Shown here: positions 28,480 to 36,702 of the stretch, piece after piece
Numbering within the stretch: position 1 is the first letter of the stretch
How the letters are laid out: every line of letters starts with the position of its first letter
Assembly: GCA_038253135.1 (NCBI GenBank)
Contig: JBBSHJ010000003.1
Coordinates: 5,323-69,322, forward strand
DNA: 64,000 nucleotides
Direction: 5' to 3'
DNA from: Mycobacteriales bacterium
Lineage (GTDB): Bacteria; Actinomycetota; Actinomycetes; Mycobacteriales; QHCD01
Translations under genes and position numbers: made by a program
The notes under the pieces: generated by a model
The model's input: only the letters and a program-made list of their open reading frames with translations
What the model was told of the DNA's origin: nothing
The model's database searches: none

Positions 28480-28647
28480 TCAGTACTGGCGGCGCGGCAC
28501 CAGCTTGCCCAGCGCCAGCGAGGCGTAGATGAGCACCGTGACAGCTACGGCCAGGGCCAGGGTGGTGAGAGTCGACTGGTGGGAGAGTGTCGCGAGGCCG
28601 GTGAAGCTGATGCCGCCCGTGGCGACGGGGTTGATCTTGGCGTACAT
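28480..28647 (-). CDS. 55-aa single-TM membrane peptide downstream of the GT2 synthase
   Basis: Tail of track ORF 28480..29190: MYAKINPVATGGISFTGLATLSHQSTLTTLALAVAVTVLIYASLALGKLVPRRQY. AAGGA lies 7 nt upstream of the ATG. It has one hydrophobic helix and sits on the same strand 107 nt after the GT2 stop. Confidence 0.45.
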   Translation of the reverse strand: MYAKINPVATGGISFTGLATLSHQSTLTTLALAVAVTVLIYASLALGKLVPRRQY

Positions 28648-28754
28648 GGGAAGTCCTTCGGTTGAGGCCGTGGGCACGGTGGGATCGACGGTGGTCGGTG
28701 GATAGATGCGGGCGGCCGCACGCGGGGTCGGCGTAGGCGTGGAGTCGGGCCGGG

Positions 28755-29888
28755 CTACCCCGTGGCCGGCGCGCCGACGTGATGCCAGGTCGGCGCGCTG
28801 TTGCGGCTGAGGTCGATGAGTGAGCGGACGAAGACCGCCATGAGGAACAGGTCGAAGAGCAGTTCGGGGAGCATGAGGACGGCGAGCAGTCTCGCCCGCC
28901 AGCCGTGGGTCCACACCGTGACCACGCGCTCGAGCACGAAGATGGCGCCGATGCCCAGCCAGAGCGGCTGCAGGCGCACCCCGTCGGTGATCGTGGTCAC
29001 GGTCATCAGCAGCAGGTACGCCGCCATGGCCATGATGCCGACACCGAGACCGATCTGCTGGCCCCAGTAGCGGGCGGTTATCCGGTTCAGCCCGTAAGCG
29101 CGCACGTTGTCGATCGCGCCGCGCTGCCAGCGCAGCCGCTGCTTCCAGAGGTCGCGCCAGCTCGGCATCAGCTCCGTGAAGACCTGGCACTCCGCGGGCG
29201 AGACGAGATCCCAGCCCATGGTTTTCAGGGCGAGGGTGAGCTCGTTGTCCTCGGTGATGGCGCTCGGGTCATAGGCGTCGCCGCGGTTGCCGGGAAGGTG
29301 GTTGCCGCGCGCGGCCTGCACGCTGCGCAGGGCACTGGCGCGGATCAGCGAGCCGGTCCCGGAGAGCACGAAAACGCGACCCCGGTGGCGGGCGATGTCG
29401 CGGCTGTACCGCGCGTACTCGTTCGCCTGCATCCGCTCGAGCACGCTGCTCGGCCGGTCACCGAGGAAGATCCCGCCGACGGCGCCGAGTGAAGGGTCCG
29501 CCGCGATCTGGCGGGCAGCGATGCGGATGAAGTCGAAGGACAAAGTGGAGTCGGCATCAAGGACGAGGATCGTCTCGCCGTCCGGGGTGCCGGCCATGAG
29601 CTCGCGCAGCGCCTGGTTGAGCGCGCCGGCCTTCTTCGCCGTGTTGTCCACGGTCTCGATGACCTCGGCGCCGTGAGCTCGGGCGATCGCCGCGGTCGCG
29701 TCCGTGCAGTTGTCGGCAACGACGACCACCCGGACCGGCCGGACAGTCTGGCTGGTGAGGCTGCGCAGGGTCGCAGCGATGTTCGCGGCCTCGTCGTGCG
29801 CCGGGATCACGGCGGTGACGTGGACCTGGTGCCGACCGCTGGTGAGCCGGCGGGGAGCGGCACGCATGGGTACGGCGGTGGTGCTCAT
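28755..29888 (-). CDS. family-2 processive glycosyltransferase (PgaC/IcaA/NodC-like synthase)
   Basis: Last 377 codons of track ORF 28755..30065; start MSTTAVPM at 29888. Motifs VIPAHDE, VLDADS, TEDNELT and QRLRWQRG (QxxRW). C-terminal TM helices are present. Confidence 0.85.
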   Translation of the reverse strand: MSTTAVPMRAAPRRLTSGRHQVHVTAVIPAHDEAANIAATLRSLTSQTVRPVRVVVVADNCTDATAAIARAHGAEVIETVDNTAKKAGALNQALRELMAGTPDGETILVLDADSTLSFDFIRIAARQIAADPSLGAVGGIFLGDRPSSVLERMQANEYARYSRDIARHRGRVFVLSGTGSLIRASALRSVQAARGNHLPGNRGDAYDPSAITEDNELTLALKTMGWDLVSPAECQVFTELMPSWRDLWKQRLRWQRGAIDNVRAYGLNRITARYWGQQIGLGVGIMAMAAYLLLMTVTTITDGVRLQPLWLGIGAIFVLERVVTVWTHGWRARLLAVLMLPELLFDLFLMAVFVRSLIDLSRNSAPTWHHVGAPATG

Positions 29889-29925
29889 GGCTGGTCTCCG
29901 GCGGGTCATCGAATGTCTGCTGATG

Positions 29926-29954
29926 ATATTACACGCAAGGAAGTAGTTGCGCAA
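29926..29954 (-). promoter_or_regulatory. candidate sigma70-type promoter of the GT2 operon
   Basis: Minus strand reads TTGCGC, a 17-nt spacer (aactacttccttgcgtg), then TAATAT, inside the only AT-rich patch of this intergenic region. It lies about 40 nt upstream of the GT2 ATG, which has GGAGAC as RBS. Confidence 0.4.
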
Positions 29955-30063
29955 GAAAATATACTCTAGACAACGAAATTTGCCAGGTGCCTCCGCGACC
30001 GCCTCGGGAGGTTCCGCGCGATCCAGGCGCGGGCTCGCGTGCGGCGTCCCTACGATCGACGCC

Positions 30064-31107
30064 ATGCTCGCGCTCCTGCAGGACTACGCCGCCCGCTTCC
30101 GTGAGGCCGCTCCCGCTGCGGTGGCCGACTGGGTCGATGGCGGATCGGGCGAAGAGGTCAGCTTGGCAGCCGCCGAGGACGCGTGGCGACGGTGGTCGCT
30201 GCGGCCGCGCGGCCTGACCGATGTCTCGGCGATCAGCACCGCGACGGCGATCCTCGGCATCGAGCTAGGCGGGCCGATCGGGGTCGCGCCCACCGGCTAT
30301 CAGAGCGTGCTGCACCCCGATGGGGAGGTTGCCACCGCGGCCGGGGCAGCTGGTGCCGGCGCGTTGTTGGTGGTCAGCGCCCGTGCGAGTCGCCGGTACG
30401 ACGACATCGCCGCGGCCACGAGCGGGCCGTGGTGGGCGCAGCTGTACCCGATGCGCGACCCGACGCTGATCTTCGCCGTCGCCCGCTCGGCCGCGCGGGC
30501 CGGCGCGCAGGCGCTGGTCCTGACCGTGGACGCGGCGTACGTCGGCGCCAAGGCGCGGGCCGGTCGTCCCGTCCCGCTCGGCTCGGACGTGGCGCTGGCG
30601 AATCTGGCCCAGCATCTACGCCCCGGCGCCGATCCGGTCGAGGCAACCGAGCAGGATCCGTCGGCCGGTGCCGACCTAGTCGGCGCACTCGCCGATCAGG
30701 TCGGTCTTCCGGTGGTCGTGAAGGGGGTCCTGCGGGCCGACGAGGCTTGCCGCCTGGTGGGCGCCGGGGCCGCGGCGGTGATCGTCAGCAACCACGGCGG
30801 CCGGCAACTCGACCGTGCGGTCGCGACGGCTCGCGCCCTGCCGGAGGTGGTGGACGCGGTGGGGGGCGCGGTGCCGGTGCTGGTCGACGGGGGAGTCCGG
30901 TCCGGCCTCGACGTATTGACGGCGCTCGCGCTCGGTGCCCGAGCGGTTTTCCTCGGCCGGCCGATCTTGTGGGCGCTCGCGACGGACGGCTCGGCGGGTG
31001 TGGATGCCGTGCTCGATGCGCTCTCCGCAGATCTGCGTCATGCCATGGCGCTCGCGGGTACGCCGCGGATCGCCGACATCGACCGCTCGTTCGTCACGCC
31101 GCGCTAG
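30064..31107 (+). CDS. FMN-dependent alpha-hydroxy-acid dehydrogenase/oxidase (LldD/glycolate-oxidase family)
   Basis: Last 347 codons of track ORF 29947..31107; start MLALLQDYAA. Signature VSNHGGRQLD, plus VVVKGV and VDGGVRSGLDV. Confidence 0.85.
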   Translation: MLALLQDYAARFREAAPAAVADWVDGGSGEEVSLAAAEDAWRRWSLRPRGLTDVSAISTATAILGIELGGPIGVAPTGYQSVLHPDGEVATAAGAAGAGALLVVSARASRRYDDIAAATSGPWWAQLYPMRDPTLIFAVARSAARAGAQALVLTVDAAYVGAKARAGRPVPLGSDVALANLAQHLRPGADPVEATEQDPSAGADLVGALADQVGLPVVVKGVLRADEACRLVGAGAAAVIVSNHGGRQLDRAVATARALPEVVDAVGGAVPVLVDGGVRSGLDVLTALALGARAVFLGRPILWALATDGSAGVDAVLDALSADLRHAMALAGTPRIADIDRSFVTPR

Positions 31108-31148
31108 CGGCAGGTTGCGTCGGGGCGCTTGCGCGCGCCCGAGAACGG

Positions 31149-31193
31149 CCGATCCCGGATCGATCACCACAAGGGTGACCGATCCGGGATCGG
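31149..31193. terminator. long GC hairpin between convergent genes (bidirectional terminator candidate)
   Basis: CCGATCCCGGATCGATCACC-acaag-GGTGACCGATCCGGGATCGG: a 20-bp stem with one mismatch and a 5-nt loop. It lies between the stop at 31107 (+) and the stop at 31237 (-). There is no U-tract. Confidence 0.5.
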
Positions 31194-31236
31194 ACGGTGC
31201 GCTTGGCTGGCTGGCAACTCAGCGAGAGTTATCGGC

Positions 31237-31908
31237 TCAGTTGGGGAGCTGCAGGACCTGACCTGGGTAAATCACGTCCGGGTTGCTGATCGAGGAGGTG
31301 TTCAGCTGGTAGATCGCCGACCAGCTGCTCGCGCCCACCCTGGCGGCGATCTTGAACAGCGTGTCGCCGGACTGAACGGTGTAGCTGCTGCCGCTCGAGG
31401 ACGACGAGGTGTCGCTGGACGAGGAGCCACTGGACGAGCCGGAGCTCGACGAGAGGTTGCTGGACGAGCTGCCGCTGGACGAGCTGTCGCTCGCCGAGTA
31501 ACCGGACAGACCGTTGGTGTCGGTCAGCCCGCCGGCGCCGGCACACGTCCAGGCGCCCGCGCCCTGACCCGCGAGGGTCTTGGCGGCAATCGCCTTCTGC
31601 TGGCTCTCGGTGGCGAGGTCGGCCCGCGACGCGTACGCCGTGCCACCGAATGCGGCCCACGTGGAGTTCGTGAACTGCAGACCGCCGTAGTAACCGTTGC
31701 CGGTGTTGATGCTCCAGTCGCCGCTGGACTCGCACTGTGCGACCTGGTCCCACACGTCCGCGTGAGCAGCGCCGGAACCGATGAGCGGCGCAGCAACGGC
31801 GGCACCAGCAGCAGTCACGGCAAGAGCGGTCTTGCGAATGTGCTTGGTCTCTTGACGGTGGCGACCCTTGTAGGTGTACGCCCGCATAACGTCATGGGTG
31901 ATCGACAT
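31237..31908 (-). CDS. rpf: resuscitation-promoting factor with C-terminal LysM domain
   Basis: Last 223 codons of track ORF 31237..31989; start MSITHDVM at 31908 with GGAGAGG upstream. Rpf domain WDQVAQCESSGDWSINTGNGYYGGLQFTNSTW. A poly-Ser linker encoded by repetitive DNA spans about 31384..31497. LysM block YTVQSGDTLFKIA...YPGQVLQLP. Confidence 0.9.
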   Translation of the reverse strand: MSITHDVMRAYTYKGRHRQETKHIRKTALAVTAAGAAVAAPLIGSGAAHADVWDQVAQCESSGDWSINTGNGYYGGLQFTNSTWAAFGGTAYASRADLATESQQKAIAAKTLAGQGAGAWTCAGAGGLTDTNGLSGYSASDSSSSGSSSSNLSSSSGSSSGSSSSDTSSSSSGSSYTVQSGDTLFKIAARVGASSWSAIYQLNTSSISNPDVIYPGQVLQLPN

Positions 31909-31920
31909 GTCCACCTCTCC

Positions 31921-32086
31921 AACGCCTACGAGGTGAGCTGTCGGGTTCGGGCGAGAGGAATGTGCCCGGCCGTGCATGCACGGCTTCACCCCAGAGCGTC
32001 GCCACGCGACGCTGTCACCTTGGGTCCCCCGCTCCCACCCATAAAGCTCTAATGGATCCGTCCACCGGTGGGTGGGACTCGGCGTT
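31921..32086 (-). promoter_or_regulatory. cyclic-di-AMP riboswitch (ydaO-yuaA class) in the rpf leader
   Basis: Minus strand: AACGCCGAGUCCCACCCA...UGGGUGGGAGCGGGGGACCCAAGG...CUCUGGGGUGAAGCCG...CGCCCGAACCCGACAGCUCACCUCGUAGGCGUU, ending 12 nt before the rpf ATG. It matches the conserved ydaO blocks CGCUnAAUC, GCGGGGGACCCA, GGGGUGAAUCC and CCGAACCCGACAGCUAACCUCGUAAGCG. Confidence 0.85.
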
Positions 32087-32124
32087 GCCGGGGACGGGGG
32101 CCAGCGCGTCGCGCAGCCGTGGCG

Positions 32125-32154
32125 AAACTAGAGGGGCTTCGGACCGGATATCAA
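32125..32154 (-). promoter_or_regulatory. candidate promoter for the riboswitch-rpf transcript
   Basis: Minus strand TTGATA, an 18-nt spacer, then TAGTTT, about 40 nt upstream of the riboswitch 5' end. Confidence 0.4.
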
Positions 32155-32639
32155 GTCCCCGTCCTGGACCGGCACGTGCAGCCGCTGGCCTGTAGCGCAG
32201 AGGCTAGGCCGAACAGCGCAGCGAGCGCTGCGCCGTTGGACGTTCCTTGCCCGTCACCAGGCTCGCGTCACCGCGCCGATGCCGTTCCGTGACATCGCCG
32301 TGATCGCACCGACCTGACGGGTCCACGTCGCGAAGAAAACCCTTGTCCGCTAACGGAAATTGGTGGGCAGGTCGCGTCAAAAGCAGTTCCGTTCGGCGGA
32401 GCTGTCGGCGCACCGAACGGGGGAAAGCAGTCGGCACATGAGAGGACGAAGCGAGGGTCAAATCGGTTGCTTCGGCAAATCATTTTTTTGGTAGCCGGCT
32501 AACAAAATTAACCTGGTTAAGCGTTCAATCCGCGTCGGAAGGTGATCCGCCGGTCGGCCGGGGTCTGTCGACGACTCGGTCAAGATCCCGGCAGTGCCTT
32601 AGCGCGAACCCGCGTGGTTCCGGTATGGTGTGCCGGAAC

Positions 32640-32755
32640 GGTCATGAGCGCCAGTGACAAGCCCCGGCTCGCTGGCCGGCAACCCTCGCTCCGCGGTGGG
32701 GTGCCCCGGGTGAGGACCTGGCCCGTCGTCAGTCGACGCCGGGCAAGCGCGGATC
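32640..32755 (+). promoter_or_regulatory. SAM-IV riboswitch
   Basis: GGUCAUGAGCGCCAGUGACAAGCCCCGGCUCGCUGGCCGGCAACCCUCGCUCCGCGGUGGGGUGCCCCGGGUGAGGACCUGGCC...GGGCAAGCGCGGAUC. From memory this is nearly collinear with the Mycobacterium SAM-IV consensus GGUCAUGAGUGCCAGCGUCAAGCCCCGGCUUGCUGGCCGGCAACCCUCC..CGCGGUGGGGUGCCCCGGGUGAUGACCAGG. Confidence 0.85.
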
Positions 32756-32808
32756 CCGGGCCAGCGGGCCACCCCTCGAGCTAGGGATCCCTTGCTCAGG
32801 GAGTTCTG

Positions 32809-34248
32809 TTGTCTGTGGTGGCCGGAGAAGAGCACGTCGTCGCGTTCGCCGGACCGCGGTCCCGAGCGCGGCCTCCCGCTGATCTGCTCGCGCGGCTCGC
32901 GGACCGCGGCGCCGTACCCCCTAATGACGGGCACCAGCGCTCACCGCTGCTGCCGCCGGTCGTCGGAGCAGGGACCACCGTGCCGCTCGTCGGCGGCGCC
33001 GACGTCGAATACGCGAACCTCGACTACGCGGCCAGCGCGCCGTGCCTCACTGCGGTCAAGGAGGTCGTGGATCGGCTGCTGCCGCAGTACGCCAGCGTGC
33101 ATCGCGGGACCGGGCACCTCTCGCGGGTGTGCACGGTGGCATACGAAGAGGCCCGCCGCTCGGTCCGCCGGTTCGTCGGGGCCCGGGCGCGGTCGGCGGT
33201 GATCTTCACTCGCAACACCACCGATGCGATGAACCTGCTGGCGCACGTGGCGCCGCGGGGCACCACCGTGATCACGTTCGACACCGAGCACCACGCCACG
33301 CTGCTGGCCTGGCGCGGGCTGCGCGTCGTACACCTTGCACCGCCGCGGAGCGCCGAAGCCGCCTGCGCCGCCGTGGACGAGGCGTTGCGTCGGGCACCGG
33401 TCGGCCCGAGGCTGCTGGCCGTCACGGGGGCGTCGAATGTCACCGGTGAGGTCTGGCCGCTGCGCGCTCTCGCCCGGATCGCGCACTCCCGCGGCGCGAG
33501 GATCGCCGTCGACGCGGCGCAGCTCGCCCCGCATGCCCGGATCGACGCCGCCGCCGATGACCTCGACTACGTCGCGCTCTCCGCGCACAAGCTCTACGCC
33601 CCGTTCGGCGCGGGTGCGCTCGTCGGCCGGGCCGACTGGCTGCAGGCCGCGCCGCCCTACCTGATCGGCGGCGGTGCGACGGTCGCGGTGACCGCGGACC
33701 GGGTGCGCTGGGCCGACGTACCCGATCGGCACGAGGCGGGCAGCCCGAACGTGGTCGGTGCGGTCGCGCTCGCCGCCGCCTGTGACGCGATTGCCGCGAC
33801 CGACCGTGCGGCCGTGGAGGCCCGGGAGGCGCGGCTGCTCGCCCGGCTGCGGGCCGGGCTGGCGGCGATCGACGGGGTCGACCGGCTGAGCCTGTGGGGC
33901 CCGGACGCGGCCGCGATCGGGTTGGTCTCGTTCGTCGCGGACGGGATCGACGGCCAGAAGCTCGCCGCGATCCTGTCGGCCGAGCACGGCATCGGGGTCC
34001 GCGCCGGCGGGTTCTGCGCACACCGGTTCGTCCGCCACCTGGTGGGCGCGACTCGGCCGCGTTCCTCGGTGGCCGAAGTGGTGCCGGTGCGGGCGAGCAT
34101 CGGCCTCGGCACGACGCAGGAGCACGTCGATCGGCTGGTCGCGGCCGTGCGATCGGTCCTCCGCAACGGTCCGAGGTGGACGTACGCCGTGCACGACGGC
34201 GAGTGGGTGCCCGCCCCGGACCCGCGGCCGGTCGAGCTGCCCTGGTAA
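32809..34248 (+). CDS. class-V aminotransferase-fold PLP enzyme (cysteine desulfurase/selenocysteine-lyase-like)
   Basis: 479-aa track ORF with a TTG start and GGGAG 5 nt upstream. The PLP-lysine block is YVALSAHKLYAPFGAGAL. Also NLDYAASAP, FTRNTTDAMN and HEAGSPNVVG. It sits 53 nt downstream of the SAM-IV element. Confidence 0.8.
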   Translation: MSVVAGEEHVVAFAGPRSRARPPADLLARLADRGAVPPNDGHQRSPLLPPVVGAGTTVPLVGGADVEYANLDYAASAPCLTAVKEVVDRLLPQYASVHRGTGHLSRVCTVAYEEARRSVRRFVGARARSAVIFTRNTTDAMNLLAHVAPRGTTVITFDTEHHATLLAWRGLRVVHLAPPRSAEAACAAVDEALRRAPVGPRLLAVTGASNVTGEVWPLRALARIAHSRGARIAVDAAQLAPHARIDAAADDLDYVALSAHKLYAPFGAGALVGRADWLQAAPPYLIGGGATVAVTADRVRWADVPDRHEAGSPNVVGAVALAAACDAIAATDRAAVEAREARLLARLRAGLAAIDGVDRLSLWGPDAAAIGLVSFVADGIDGQKLAAILSAEHGIGVRAGGFCAHRFVRHLVGATRPRSSVAEVVPVRASIGLGTTQEHVDRLVAAVRSVLRNGPRWTYAVHDGEWVPAPDPRPVELPW

Positions 34249-34357
34249 CCCCGGGGCCAAGCGCTTTGCTGCTGGACTTTGGCACACCGACCGGGCAACT
34301 TGTACGCTGTCCCGGGCGGCTTGCCGAGAGGCTCCGCACCGGCCGTTCGCGGCCAAG

Positions 34358-34445
34358 GGAGGCTTCGCCTAGTGGCCTATGGCGCCGCACTGCTAATGCG
34401 GTTGGGGTTTACCGCCCCTCCCGGGTTCAAATCCCGGAGCCTCCG
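34358..34445 (+). tRNA. tRNA-Ser (anticodon GCU)
   Basis: Hand-folded. Acceptor GGAGGCT/AGCCTCC, anticodon stem CCGCA/TGCGG with loop CTGCTAA, long variable arm, T arm CCGGG-TTCAAAT-CCCGG, discriminator G. Coordinates were anchored on the stop of antisense track ORF 34377..34796. Confidence 0.9.
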
Positions 34446-34485
34446 CTCCGTTCTTACCGGTGCTGCCGGCGGGCTGGAATGGGCT

Positions 34486-35283
34486 CTATTCGGGAGCTGG
34501 CGTGGCGTTCTGCTCGTCCCGCCAGGCGATCCATTCGCGCAGCGGCCCGAGGTCGTAGGTGGGTCCGTCGGCGCCGATGGTGAACAGCGTCGCTCCCGCC
34601 TCACGCAGCCGTTGGGTCTCCTCGGTCGGTACGCCGTCCGTGCCGACCGAGTGCTCGATGCTCGCGACGTCGCGGCCGACGGCGGCGCAATGAACCGCCA
34701 GTACCTGTGACTTGCGCGCCAGGGTCTCGGCGTCGCTGAAGCTGTGCCAGATATTCGCGTGCTCGGCGACGTACCGCAGCGTCTTTCGCTCACCACCGCC
34801 CCCGATGAGGACGGGGATTTGCCGGGTCGGGGGCGGGTTGAGCCGTTCCCAGCGCGCCTTGATCCGCGGGAGGGCCCGGCCGAGAGCGTCGAGCCGGCGG
34901 CCCGGCGTACCGAAGTCGTATCCGTATTCGGCGTAATCGCGTTCGAACCAGCCCGCGCCGATCCCGAGGATCAGCCGGCCGTCGCTGATGTGGTCGACGG
35001 TGCGCGCCATGTCGGCGAGCAGGTCGGGATTGCGGTAGCTGTTGCACGTCACGAGGGCCGAGAGCTGCACCCGCTCGGTGGCTTCCGCCCAGGCCGCGAG
35101 GGTCGACCAGCATTCGAAATGCAGCCCGTCGGGCTCGCCGGACAAGGGGAAGAAATGATCCCAGTTGAAGAGAATGTCGACGCCGGCTTCCTCCGCGGCG
35201 GCGACCGTGCGTCTGATCTCGGTGTAGGGGGCGTGTTGAGGCTGCAGCTGAAAGCCGACACGGACCGGGCGAGGAGAGGTCAT
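34486..35283 (-). CDS. LLM-class F420-dependent oxidoreductase
   Basis: 265-aa track ORF. Luciferase-like TIM-barrel pattern (VGFQLQP...FNWDHFFPL...LILGIGAGWFERDYAEYGYDF...). Length and motifs are typical of the Rv1855c-type subgroup. Confidence 0.8.
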   Translation of the reverse strand: MTSPRPVRVGFQLQPQHAPYTEIRRTVAAAEEAGVDILFNWDHFFPLSGEPDGLHFECWSTLAAWAEATERVQLSALVTCNSYRNPDLLADMARTVDHISDGRLILGIGAGWFERDYAEYGYDFGTPGRRLDALGRALPRIKARWERLNPPPTRQIPVLIGGGGERKTLRYVAEHANIWHSFSDAETLARKSQVLAVHCAAVGRDVASIEHSVGTDGVPTEETQRLREAGATLFTIGADGPTYDLGPLREWIAWRDEQNATPAPE

Positions 35284-35326
35284 GAATTGATCCTAGGGAG
35301 TCCGCGATGCCGGCTCGGTGTGCCGG

Positions 35327-36526
35327 TCAGGCGTTGGCCCGGGTCAGGATCGCCTCGACGATCTGCTTGGCCTGGTTGCTCGGGATGGCGAAGCCGAGAC
35401 CGACGCTGCCGGCCGATCCCTGCGCGGACGTGGGGGAGTAGATCGCGGAGTTGATGCCGATCACCTCGCCCTTGGTGTTGACGAGCGGGCCGCCGGAGTT
35501 GCCGGGGTTGATCGAGGCGTCCGTCTGGATCGCGTTGTAGGACACGCTGCCGGACCCGGCGCCGCCCTGCTGCCCGTTGCCGTACGGCGAGCTCTGATTG
35601 TTCGGCGAGTTCTGACCGAAGGGCGACTGTCCCCACGGGTCGCCGTACGGCGAGGAGCTGCCGGACTGCGGTGAGGAGTCGCCCTGGACGGTGACCTTGC
35701 GGCCGAGGTAACTGACGATGCCGGACGTCACGGTGCTCTGCAGGCCCTCCGGCGTACCAACGGCGACGACCACGTCACCCACCCTGACCTTGCTCGAGTC
35801 GCCCCACGTCGCGGGGGTCAGACCGCTGACGTTCTGCGCCTTGATCACCGCGAGGTCGGCCGAGGCGTTGGTGCCGACGATCGTGGCGGTCGCGGTCTTG
35901 CCGTTGCTGAAGGTGACCTTGATCGTGCCGGCTCCGTTGGCGGCGTCCGCGACGACGTGGTTGTTGGTGACGATCTCACCGGTGCTCGTGAGAACGGCCC
36001 CGGACCCGACCGCCTCGCCGTTGGCGAGGGTAACGGTCATCTCGACGACGCTCGGCAGGACCTTGTTCGCGACGCCGGACAGGCTGCCGGTCGCACCGGA
36101 ACCCGACCCGCCCGTCGTACCGGTCGCGTCGGCGACGGTCTTCGCCGAGCCCTTGATGGCGCTGCTGCTGGCCGATGTGGTCGACGACGAGCCACCAGCG
36201 GCATACGCACCGACCGCGCCGCCTGCGGAGCCCGCGACGATCGCGACGGCGGCCAGGCCGGCCCCGACGGTGCGGGTACGCCGCTTCGGGCGGACGGCCG
36301 TGGCCACGGCAGAGGTCGGCGCCATCGGGCCGGTCGGGGGTCCGGCGACCGACGCCGCCGACCACCACGGTGGCGGCGACTGCGGCGCGCCCGCGAAGGG
36401 CGCCGCGGATGGACCGTTGGTCGCGGCCGCGGATCCGGATAGGGGACCTGGTGCTGGCTGGGGTGCGCCTGCGGTGCCGTGGGGGGTTGGTTCCGGCCGC
36501 GGACCGGGCGTGGTCTCATCGCTCAT
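35327..36526 (-). CDS. membrane-anchored trypsin-like serine protease (S1C/HtrA-like, no PDZ)
   Basis: 399-aa track ORF. Pro-rich N-terminus, one TM, and a catalytic triad context of TNNHVV, ADLAVIK and INPGNSGGPLV. A Ser/Gln/Pro/Gly-rich insertion of about 45 aa lies before the Ser block. Confidence 0.85.
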   Translation of the reverse strand: MSDETTPGPRPEPTPHGTAGAPQPAPGPLSGSAAATNGPSAAPFAGAPQSPPPWWSAASVAGPPTGPMAPTSAVATAVRPKRRTRTVGAGLAAVAIVAGSAGGAVGAYAAGGSSSTTSASSSAIKGSAKTVADATGTTGGSGSGATGSLSGVANKVLPSVVEMTVTLANGEAVGSGAVLTSTGEIVTNNHVVADAANGAGTIKVTFSNGKTATATIVGTNASADLAVIKAQNVSGLTPATWGDSSKVRVGDVVVAVGTPEGLQSTVTSGIVSYLGRKVTVQGDSSPQSGSSSPYGDPWGQSPFGQNSPNNQSSPYGNGQQGGAGSGSVSYNAIQTDASINPGNSGGPLVNTKGEVIGINSAIYSPTSAQGSAGSVGLGFAIPSNQAKQIVEAILTRANA

Positions 36527-36629
36527 GACTCGAGCCTGGGCGTCCGGTCTGAGGGGAGGCTTAAGGCCGGATGAGACTCTGCCAAGTCTTCCGGTGATCC
36601 GGCGTCAGGTAGTATCGCTGCTGCACTCA

Positions 36630-36702
36630 GCGCTCGTAGCTCAACGGATAGAGCATCTGACTACGGATCAGAAGGTTGGGGGTTCGAATCCCTCCGAGCG
36701 CG
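36630..36702 (+). tRNA. tRNA-Arg (anticodon ACG)
   Basis: Hand-folded. Acceptor GCGCTCG/CGAGCGC, D arm GCTC..GAGC, anticodon stem TCTGA/TCAGA with loop CTACGGA, T arm GGGGG-TTCGAAT-CCCTC. Coordinates were anchored on track ORF 36676. Confidence 0.9.

Noticed and set aside
32204-32483. Two minus-strand ORFs (85 and 71 aa) in the spacer between the riboswitches.
   Set aside because: They have no codon bias or RBS, and their Cys/Arg/Ser-rich products have no motifs. They are treated as non-coding.
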